Shown here piece after piece: positions 1 to 10,400 of a DNA stretch of 64,000 nt. The notes under the pieces are model-generated. The model saw only the letters and a program-made list of their open reading frames with translations, had not been told where the DNA came from and did no database searches. A program made the translations under genes and the position numbers. The stretch is from Camelus dromedarius (Eukaryota), in assembly GCF_036321535.1 (NCBI RefSeq), contig NC_087437.1:49478001-49542000 (forward strand), given 5' to 3'. Position 1 is the stretch's first letter, and every line of letters starts with the position of its first letter.

Positions 1-379
1 CTCCACCACCCTGTTACTCAGAGGTTGAAAGACCAAAGACATTTCCATTTATTGAAACTCTAAAATGTTAATAAAGTAAGAAATTGGGGATGGGAGGGAG
101 TCACAAAATGTGTGGTCTATTATAAATGTTTGACACTTTAAATTTAATACTGTTAACACATAAACACAAAACAGATGATTGCATGTGTAATTTCATTTCA
201 TATAGAACAAGAAAACTTTAAGGAGGCCATTGATAAATGCTACCCAGAGGCCTTACTCCTGCCTCCAACTTTCCTCTTAACTCTAAAAACACACCCTTCT
301 TAGTCCCTGCTGCCGGTCTCCGCATAAAACAAAGATGGGGCGGGCGGAGGTAGGGGGTGCACCTCAGAGAGTTCCAGAA

Positions 380-1610
380 GTGTGAACGCGGGTGGGAAGG
401 AAGACCATGACGGTACGTGGCCATTAAGAAAGCAGGCCGCCTTCGAGCCTGCACTCCCCTCTTTGCCACCTCGGCTTCCCGGGTCGTGGCCACTGCCCGG
501 CGAGCCGCCGCCTCAGAGAGGAGCCGCCCTCCGTTCCCGACTTTCCGCCCGCGCACCCCCGGAGTTGCCCGCGGCCCAGTCCTGCGGGAGGACGCCCGCC
601 TCCCCTCGCTCCCAGGGCTGTGCCGGGCTCCCGTCTCCGCACGCGGCGCACTGGGCAACGAACCAAACCGGCCACACTGTGCGCTCGCGGGGACCAGCGG
701 GTCCCAACACCCTTAGTCTAGAGTCAGAGGGACCTGCCCCCGGCTCGCAGGTCGCCCAGCGTGGGGAAGGGCCGCCCGGAACCCAGGCTTCCACTCACTC
801 GGCCGGCGCCGCCAGTCCCTCGGCGGAGGGCCTCCGCCTTCCCTCTCGCAGCCGGAGCCAGAGTCTGAGCCGGGCCCGCAGCCGGCGCCGCGCCGGGACG
901 TGCGTGCCGAGAGCGCGGGAAACGCGGCGGCGCGCGAGGGCCGCGGGGCGGGCCGCGCGCCGCGGCTCCGGAGCCCGGGGAGCCGAGCCCGACTGGCCGA
1001 GGCTTTGCTTTCCGACGCAAGCGAGATCGCGCGAGACGGGCCCGTCCCGCAGGGCCCCGCCAACCTGGCAGGCAGGCCCGACCCAGGAAGACTCGTGCAC
1101 CCGCGGCCCCACTGCCCTCGGGTTTCCGCTGACCCAGCAAAGGAGGGGAGAGGAGCGAGGGCCGAGGCTACAAGAGTTTATTCTAGAAGTTTAGTCTAGA
1201 GGCTCTGAAAAATGAGGTTCCCAGGCTGTTCACACACTCGCGCGCACTCTCAGGTCAGGTTTTAGAATCTAAAGAGCTTGGATTTAAACCACGTCCCTCC
1301 CCGGGAGGCGTCGGGCGGAGGGGTCTGCCCGGCCGCGCTCCCCCGTCATTTTAAGTGCGCATCAAGTGGCGGGGTTGTGTTGAGTTCTTTTGAGTAGTAA
1401 TTGCATCGTTTTGGGCGAGTTGACGGGAGCAGCACGTTCAGAGTCCCGTGGTATATTTGATGGCGCTCGCAGCCATACCCTTCGCAGGCTGGAGAAGCTG
1501 TCGCCCTCCGACCTGGCGCGGGCCGCTCCTATCCGAGCCCTGCTTGCCGGCAGTCGGCTGGATCCCCGGGATCCAGCCCGCGCCGGAGGCCGTCGGAGTC
1601 CGAGTTATTT
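380..1610. promoter_or_regulatory. CpG island ~16 kb upstream of SOX2 (within the SOX2-OT span)
   Basis: Very GC- and CpG-dense sequence, with many overlapping spurious Arg/Pro/Gly/Ala-rich ORFs. Confidence 0.85.
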
Positions 1611-4600
1611 CCGTGTGAAGAAGGTAGAAAGGCCAGTTAGGGAATGACGATGGATTGCCTACGGAGAGGGAAGCTACAGCTTTCACTGTAGCTGATGGCT
1701 AAAGCATGACACTATGACATCTCCGTGAAACTCGTGATTTGTATGGTATTGGTTCGCTGGAACATCCAGACCCTGATCGTGCGTATAATGTTTCCTTGTA
1801 AGCAGCACTCGCCAATTTAAAACCAGGCCCCTGGTGCCCCATATTGCTAATCCCTTCTGCCATTTGTCTGGTTAAATCCTCTTTTTTAGCCCCTCTCTTC
1901 CTTTCCTTGTCTCCTTCCATCCTTCCTTCTCTCTCTCCCTCCCTCCCTTCCTCAATCTGAATCGTTCGTGCTGAATGCGTCCCAGTCTGAGGGTAAGGGT
2001 TGCGGTAGCCCCCCTCCCCCATCTCCCCAGCACGGCTTGCTGCTTATAAAATTGGAGAGCTCAACTTTGGACCAAAGCACTTTTGAACAGTGAAGTTTCC
2101 AATTCAGAGCCATCTGTAAATGCCCATAAATCGGTATATACGGATTCCCCAATCAGGTTAGAAAGCCTATAACTTAGAATCGTTTTGGTGATGTGTGTTT
2201 GCTCCAGCAAGAGAGGAGCTGACCAGACAGCTTAAGTTTGTGGATACAGAAAGGTTTTTCTTTTAAAGCAATTATCCAGTTGCAGGCAACTGGTTCTTGA
2301 TTCCCTCACCTACCAAGGCAGTTTGTCACTTTGGCCCTTCATCGTGACGCATTCCGCATTTTTTAGTTATAAGCTGAAGCCTTCTCCCATGTCAGAGAGA
2401 GTGCCATTGCATTACTGCTTTTGAGACAACTTTGGGGGAGATACCTACAAAAGTGTTTTCCTGTCCTTAAGAAGAGAGTGAGGCCAACTGAGAGATTTTA
2501 AACTTCCTTGTGGCTGGGACTGAATAAGATGTATAAGGTTTACTCACCTTTAGATGCCTTAGGGTACTCACTGACACCTTCCTATCTTACAGACTTAGAT
2601 TCAGTCCCAAATCCCTCCCATGGTGGAAAGAGGACAAGCAGTTGAGATTCTTCTTTCAGTTCATTAGGAAAAGGAAAATAGCTTTTATGAGGTTGGGGCA
2701 TCCTTTATAAGTTTTGATGTTCAGGAAAAAATGACAAGGAAAGCAGGAAGAAAGTATTCTGTTATTTCAGTGGATTACTTTTCTAGTGCAAAGTTATGAA
2801 ACACTGGATTAAACATTTTACATTTGCTGTCTCTCACTCCACCTTTAGTTAGAGGAAGTATTTCTCCTATTGACTTTCAGTTTTGCATAATGCCCCCTCC
2901 ACCTTTCCTACGAGAGAAAAGTAACACACTCCTTAGCCTGTTCTATTAAAGGTCACTCTTGACTTATATTCTCCACTCCCTCCCTCCCCCGACACACTTA
3001 TACAGGCATGTTCTTGATCCAGAGAGTGTTGAGATGTGCCTAACTTTTTTAGTATTGCCCTGACTTTCATTCTTTTTGAACTGATATTGAGGTGTTTATC
3101 CTGAGGCATAAAATGAATTATTGAGAAACAATCATGTGAAATACTGTTTAATTTCCTGTTTTATTGTTTGTGTTTGTTTTTCAAGTTTCGTAGGAAAGAC
3201 TTTAATTGGTGTCTAAGTAATAGTCCCCAAGAATCCCTTATTAGATTACTTTAGACTAGTTGTAAACTAGTAACTATTGTTTCCAAAAGGGAAAGTAAAA
3301 GCTAAGATCAGTCAAAAGATTCATTTGAGTGTTTATCTTTCTTTTATTTTGAATGGTTTTGGGGAAGAAAAGGAGGACTAAATGGGGCAGGGGGCAGAGA
3401 TAGAGAACCCAGTGAAAACTTGTTTTTAAGATTAAAGCCATTTTCCCAGACTATTGTCCAGCCACAAGTGACAAACACAGAGCCAAAGTCATGAAAGTGG
3501 ATTACTGTCACACTGGGCTATTGGAGGCCCAGAGAGCCCTGGCATTAATTCCTACAGCAAGGTAGCTAAACCTAGCCATCCTCCCCAGCACTGCCCCTGC
3601 AGCGCCCTCACTGCCTAACAGTTCAGGGTTCAGAGTTGATACAGACCTCTGCCAGGTCTAGGTGACAGGGCTTCCCCTCCAAGAGGAAGCAGATGTGCTC
3701 TGTGGAACTGAGGGGGAAGCCGGGTGGCTCTAAGAATAAGCCTGAAGGGATGGGGTGCTGTAGCAGGAAGACTGTGGCCACCAGTCCCCTGGAAGGATAG
3801 CAATCAATGAGTCAAAGCTACCTAACAGTGAATGAAAGCGAGCCAGGAGGAGGCCCCTTTGGGTCCTAGAGACTAACCTTTAGCTGGTTCCCCTCCTCCC
3901 CCTGGACTCCCCTCCTAGGTTTTCTGGGATTGGAGACCTAAACAGAGGAGAAGGGGAGCATGGTAAGAAAACATGCCTAACCCCTCTCCAACATGCATGC
4001 ACGGCTGGAGCTTGCAGAGATCAGGAGACACAGCTCAAGCCCTTAGTGATCTGTGTCTGGCTTGTGCAGTTGTGCATGGTCAACAGGGGGTGGGGGGCGG
4101 CGGGAGGAAAGCCCGGCTTTCTCCAGTCGCTCTATCTGGGGGTGGTGTGTCTCTTCTCCCCCAACCCTCCACCTCACCCCATCAAGACCAAATAGAATTG
4201 AAACTCCATTGCCTCTGCCTGCACTGAACCTAAAAACTCAGGATTCGATAAGGTTACTACACCATTGATACAATTGCAGATTTTTTAAAAGCCTCCTCAA
4301 AGAGACAGATGTTTGGGCTGATTAAGAATTGAGGAGGAAACCTGCAGCTGCACCAAAGAATAATCTATTGGACAAATATTTTAATAAAAAAAAATATGAA
4401 GAGATCAGCCCGACCTTGCAAGGTCTTCTGCTTTAAAAAAATCTTTATCAAACCCCTATTCTATGGCTTCAATAAACAGAACCCATTACCTCACGGCATC
4501 TTTTGTTGGCCCCATACAAGAGAGAACAAAATGGTTATTCAGGGGAACGCTTTCGATTTTTATTGTGGGTAGCCTGCACAAAGAGCCGTGTTATTGTATT

Positions 4601-4756
4601 TAAAAGAACCATCTGTAGCAGAAACAATGGCATCAAATTATCTTTGAATACCCACTGAAAAAACATAAAGCTTTTTTTTTTATTCTTCTTCTGTACGGTG
4701 GGGGGATAGAGCAGTGTTAGGATAACTGACTTTTTTGTTGTTCTCTGGGTGCATTC

Positions 4757-4830
4757 TTCTCGCTCCCCCTCTCTCCCCCTCACCCTCTCTCTTCTCTCTC
4801 TCTCCCTCTCCCTCTCTCTCTCTCTCTTTT
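4757..4830. repeat. (CT)n / pyrimidine-rich tract
   Basis: Near-pure C/T run just upstream of the SOX2-OT acceptor at 4881-4882. Confidence 0.9.
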
Positions 4831-4882
4831 AAAAAATCAGCCATTTGGGGTTTTAAGCCATAAACGATTTTTCTTGTTGCAG

Positions 4883-5168
4883 GGGATTGCAGTGGCAAAG
4901 CTAGGCTAGGTCTTGGAGGCTGGTGTAAGGCGAAGCGGGTGAAGGCAGGAGGCTGATGGAGAGACTGGGGGGAAGAAAAGCCGAAATGGATTCACTGTGC
5001 CTTGGATGGAGGACGAGAGGGGAATTGCAAGCTCCTTCAGCTCGTTCTGTCCGGTGAGAAGTGATCAAGCTTGGGCTGACAAGAGGCTCAGGGAGCCCTC
5101 ACGTTCTTTCGCTTTTTTACCTGCCAATCAAACTGCTACAAGACAACACCCTGATCTGGCATGGACAT
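4883..5168 (+). ncRNA. SOX2-OT: SOX2 overlapping transcript lncRNA, internal exon upstream of SOX2
   Basis: Acceptor TTTTCTTGTTGCAG|GGGATTG and donor GGACAT|GTAAGT. I recognise the exon body (GGGATTGCAGTGGCAAAGCTAGG...TGCTACAAGACAACACCCTGATCTGGCATGGACAT) as the conserved SOX2-OT exon, ~12 kb upstream of SOX2. Confidence 0.85.
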
Positions 5169-5910
5169 GTAAGTAGCTTGCAACCCAACTTTGACATTCA
5201 CTGCTAGCTCACTCCTCTCCGCCCACCCCCCCAACTCACTTTCTTCCCCTCTCATTCTTTTTTTTTTTTTTTTCTTTTGACCTTTAAGAGATCTGGAAAT
5301 ACACCCTGTGTGGCAGTCACTTAACACAGGCAGATTTAAGTCTGAAAGCGTTAACTTTTGGAAGTAAATGCTAATTTTGATTTCTTTTAACATGCAGAAA
5401 TGAAATGACATTATTTTATTCTCTTTTGAACAGTTTTAGTGCTGAGCATGATCAGTTGCCTTGCAATGGTGTGTGTGTTTCCTTTCCTATGAAAATGAAG
5501 AAATCCGTGAGCCCCCAGAGAGAAATGCAGAAATGAAAAATTCAGGCTTCCATTTAGAAAATATTAAATTCTACCGTTTCATCCCTACAAAGAACTTTCC
5601 CCAAACCAAGATTATCGAGAGTGGTGATTTAAGTCAAAAGGTACATATGAAGGGGTTGCTACTGCTTCATCTGGCATCTTACTATTTTGGTGGCGGTGGT
5701 TGAGGGGAGGGATGCGAAGAAAGAGAAGGAAAGGGACATGGCGACACCTCGTTCTTTATAAGAGATTGACACTGAGAGGGCTAGAAAAGCAAGAGGGCAG
5801 GATAAGCAGGAAATATTACCTGAGAGAAGGCATTACAGAGCTTGGCGAAGCTAGAAGCTAGGAGGGCTTCTGTGGGAAGTTGAGTGAGGGGTGATGGGGC
5901 TTGCTCTCTG

Positions 5911-5924
5911 GCGCCCTCTAATGG
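5911..5924 (-). promoter_or_regulatory. CTCF motif, reverse
   Basis: Plus-strand GCGCCCTCTAATGG reads CCATTAGAGGGCGC on the minus strand (1 mismatch to consensus). Confidence 0.65.
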
Positions 5925-6892
5925 CAACTGGAACCAATGTTTTACTTTCTTAATTCAGTACAGGGAAAAGCAGCTGGGTTTTTGTTGTTGCTGTTGGTGG
6001 GTTTTTTCTCCGCAGGCTTAGAAACTAGAGACTATTAGAGGAGTAAATTGATTGTTTTCATCCCGGAAACTTATGTATATGCCTTAAAATTATCAATGTT
6101 TTCTCCTCAAACATTCCCGCTCTCCCGAAATTTTCTTAGAGTAACAGGAGAGACTAATGGCAAACTGACTTAAGGAGGGTGGCCCGTGCCCAATTAGTAA
6201 TTCAGGAAAAGGGAATCCTTTCCACCTGAACAGCATTCTGACTCTTCTGATCTACAGGGGAAGTGCAGAGGGGTGGGGTGGGGAGGGATGATTTGGAAAT
6301 TGCAGATTCTGACACGGGCTTATTATAATACAATTTAAAGGGGGCTCTTAGGAACCTCTGTTATTTCGACATGTGGTAGTAAGGGGGCTTTCCTTCCCGC
6401 CTCCTTTTTCCTTTTTCTTTTTCTTCTTTCTTTCGTTCTTTTTTTTGAAATTTGGTAGATAAAGGTTAATCTTGGGCTGAATGATAGAGCTATGATTGAC
6501 AAGAGAAAAGGTGTTGAGGGCAGGTCGCGCTGTCTTATTTACAGCCCACTGCTTGCTGTAGAGTCTTTGTTAGGACTGGAAAGCTAATTTAGTGCTGATC
6601 AAAAGCACCACAGAGTTAAAGGACTGGTAATGACTGCTAATTTCATTTCAGCCTCATGCATCCCCAACTGCTGTAATTAAAGACACGCTATTTAAATACA
6701 GGTGAAGGGTTTTTTTTTTTTTTAAATTAGGGTGGGGGTGGGTGGATTACAATTTTATTTAGATTTCATCTTATACATGGGTGTTTTGTAGTCCAACATC
6801 AAAAAACATTTTTAGAGTCACTTCTTGTCATTTATACTTGGCTTTGCAGAACAGGCAATGTGAAATGTGTCAATCACATAAAAGTCTCTGTT

Positions 6893-6948
6893 AAAAGAAA
6901 GGAAGAAAGAAAGGAAAGAAAGAGAGAAAGAAAGAAAGAAAGAAAGAG
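6893..6948. repeat. (GAAA)n microsatellite
   Basis: AAAAGAAAGGAAGAAAGAAAGGAAAGAAAGAGAGAAAGAAAGAAAGAAAGAAAGAG. Confidence 0.9.
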
Positions 6949-7454
6949 GATGCAGAGGAGTAACTGGGGGGGATTTAAATATTTGGGTCTCTTTTCTTCC
7001 CCTTCAAATTAATAGAAGAGCCTTCGAAATAGGTAAAGTATCTGAAACTTGGGGCAGGGTGAACAGGCCAAAGTGATGGGTGTCAGTACTTCTAAAAGGA
7101 TCATGTGAACAGATGGAAAATATATATTTCAAATTAAATAATATCCCCACACTGTATCTACAGTGTTGGCTCAGAAACCGCATAATTCCTCAACCGATAG
7201 AGTTTCTTTATGAGAACATCAAAGGGTAAAAAGCTCTGCATTTCCGTAGTTGGTTAAAATTGATAACCCCCCATACACACACTTACGCGCGCGCGCGCAC
7301 ACACACACCCCAAAAAAGAATTTAGCCTTTAATCTCTTTTTATCCACGAAGACTAAAGCTCTGTACTCGACCCCGCGAGCAGCTCTCGCCTTCCGGGGCT
7401 GGAACCCGGCTCAGATGTGAAGCGGCGCTGAGCCGCCGCGCAGGTTCGTGCCCA

Positions 7455-7468
7455 GCGCCCCCTGTTGG
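7455..7468 (-). promoter_or_regulatory. CTCF motif, reverse
   Basis: Plus-strand GCGCCCCCTGTTGG reads CCAACAGGGGGCGC on the minus strand (1 mismatch to consensus). An upstream-motif-like TGCTGCTCC is present on the same strand. Confidence 0.7.
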
Positions 7469-10400
7469 ACACAGTAGGAGCAGCACAGCACCAGTCCAGG
7501 AAATCGCTAGAACCTTGCTCTGGGGTAATAACCCTCCAAAAAGGAGATGGGGCGAGGAAACAAATTCTCATATCCTTGAAAGATAATATAAGTTTCACTC
7601 AATAAAGAATTAAAAGGCGATAACACAATTTTAATTCAATAAAAAATAAAGACTAGCCTATTCCTCCTATTCCTCTTCCTCACATCCCAGCAGCCACTCC
7701 CTACCCCCGTTTGGGTTTGGGGCTCTTTTCAAAGATTCAGCAATAGTAAAACAGATAGAGAAGCATGATTAAAAGAGAGAGAGAGTTTTTCTCTGTAACA
7801 GTGGAGAACCAAGCAAAAGTTACTTCTTCCGTCCTGTCCACATTTCAAAAAATAAAACCGAAGATGCTGCTGCGTTCTGCTTTGACGTTGTCAGCAGCAT
7901 CCTGAATGGCCTCGGAGGGCCGTCAAGTATAGTAACTGAGTCTCTGAGTAAACGAAATAACTTGCTCCTTTTTTATTTACTTTCAGAGTGTAATGAAAAG
8001 GCTAGTCTCTTTTGAATGTTTCCCATCCCCCAAACCAATCCTGATCAAACTTTTCCTTCCCCGGCTAGTAGTTAATTTCCAGATATTATTTAAGAAACGG
8101 GTACCTGACACCTCTCTCTCTCCTTCTTTCTCTTTTCTGAGCCTTAGGCGTTCAGGAAAGGTGATCCGATGATAAAGAGTATTTTCTTTTGAAATTCAGC
8201 ATTTTCATTTGACCAGGAATCCAAATTATCCTAGGGGAAGAGGAGTATTTTACACTTCCAAAAACTACCTGTCTGCATAAGAAAGAGCTTTGACTTTTTC
8301 TTTGGTCAGCAAGCGAGGACAAACGTACACTTTGAATTCTTCCAGAAAGATAACTATAAAAATGACACATCCTCTGAATTTAAGGCAATGGGAAAATATG
8401 AGTTTGTCTAGGTGTTAAGATCAAATGGAAACAATTTGTGTGCTAAATGAACACGTGATCTCAACAAAGTGTTTTATGATTTTTAAAAAAACCTTAAATT
8501 TAGGGCTTGCTTTTTTTTTTAAGTTTACCTATTGAGGGAAACTAGCTTAATTTCATAACACAATAACTTTTTAAAATATTTAATACTGTGGCTATGTAAG
8601 TTGTTTTTATGTTTATTTCTCCCACCTCCTACAATCTGTGCATCTGACATTGTGTTTTCAGGGAAATTTCTGTTCATTGAGATGAGAGATGCTTTCTCCA
8701 TCTGATTCCAGAATAGAATCTCAGCTTGTGTTTCTCAATAAGTGAATCTGGATACAGTGGCAGGAAAAGAATCAAGGCTTTTAATCAGTTTTTTTTTACC
8801 TGGAATCCTATCGAAATGATGGGTAAGCGGGATTCCTGCTGAAGACAGACCCTCCCCTTTCCTTCACCAAAAGACTAGTCCCCACTGAAGAAATATTAAA
8901 TCCTGGGCCAATTTTGGTGCCAACCCTGGTAAGGTGACAAACGGTGCTCTGACAGCCACGGTTCAAGGCTGCCTGTGGCGTTGGGGAGGTCAAAGGCAGC
9001 AGACTTTTGGAAGGGACCAGCTGAATACACTTGCTATTCTGAAGTGATGGAGAATTTGCAAACGTAGAGGCTGAGATTTTGCCCCACCTCTTCTTCACCA
9101 GTGGTGGTGGGGGTCACAACCTGTAGGGTGAAGGCAAGGGTAGAAGCCACACCTGGCTGCTGGCAGGCAGGCAGTGAGCCCCCAACTTCCCAGGGCCCAG
9201 GGAGAAAGCTCAACCCCTAGTTTAGGAAAAAGAACTAAACAAGTGGGTGGCCTAGGCCCGGGAATACCACCCAGCTCTCCCAGCACAGTGTCATTTCTGT
9301 GGTTTCAGGCGGCCTCAGCCCCTGCTGGAATCTCACGCCCCACGGCGGCCAGCAGGAAGGCAGCTCTTCCATCTTTGGGGGCTGGGGAGGGGCAGTGAAT
9401 GAATGACTCCTTAGTAGCAGGCAAAGCCACAACGCTGGCAACCCGCCGCGTTTTCTCCGCAGCAGCAAAGCACCCTTTAGGGGCAGGGCGGGAGTTTTTG
9501 GTCTCTGGTCCCAGTGTCCAGGCCTGAGCCCGCTCCTGTTGGCTGAGCGCCCTGCTTTGTAAGTAGTCAGTCTTGCCTGATTCTGAGGGCGATCCAGGAG
9601 AATGGGCCAACCTAGCTTTGGGCCCACTGAGTGCTAAGTCCTCAGCCCCCTATCCCCTCCATCCCTCATACATTTACTGGTGAACCCAAGCCTCACTCTG
9701 AAAGCCAGTGTATGGGGCTTGGAATTTGGTAGCTCTTTGGGGATGAGAAAATGATTATTAAAACCGAGATTGAAGAATGAACCCTCATTTATTATTAAGT
9801 TTGCTCTTTTACTTTGTCTTTAAACTTTTAAGATCCTTTAGTTTCCTTGATCCAACCCTGAGACAGACAAGGCATCAGGGAGGAGGCCCAATCCGGTTTG
9901 AAGGAACTGAGTATAGACAGACACTCATCTCTCCACCACTCGGGCTAGCAGATCAGCGCTGCCAGACTTTGGTCCTAATCCAGGGCCCAGCTGCTACGTG
10001 GGTTGCTGAAAGGTGTTGAAACTACAAGTACAACTTGACACCATTGAGCCCACAGTGCTTGTCAATAATCTGTGAATTAGGTGCAGAGATTGTCACTGTA
10101 GATCATAACAGTTGCTGAAGGACTCATTACAGTCTATCGTGTCAATGATCTTCAAATTAAGGGCGGGGGGAAGGAGGGAAGAGGAGTGGGGAGAGCCTAG
10201 AAAAAGGGAAGAAGGGTGGCAGGGGAGATAAAAGTCAGAGCCCTAGCTCCGAAGGAGCCTTTAAAGATTATCAGGCTACCGATCTGAGAATTCCATTGGG
10301 ATGAGTTTGGAAGCCCAACTCCACCTGAGCCTGGGCTGGAAGCGGGGTGCAAGGGGGTGAGAAGTGGGCCCCTGGGAAGGCAGACGTTTCAGACATTTCT

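Noticed and set aside
1..330. AT-rich block as the SOX2 N3 enhancer
   Set aside because: I could not find the SOX-PAX6 composite core I associate with N3, which probably lies upstream of the window.
218..1199. Many overlapping 80-270 aa ORFs on both strands
   Set aside because: CpG-island stop-codon depletion. They are Arg/Pro/Gly/Ala-rich, mostly non-ATG, and have no domain. The same applies to ORF clusters at 16, 24.5, 28-32 and 40 kb.
1354..1360. GTGCG resembling a group II intron 5' end
   Set aside because: No domain V/VI consensus or intron-encoded ORF downstream, and it is implausible in mammalian nuclear DNA.
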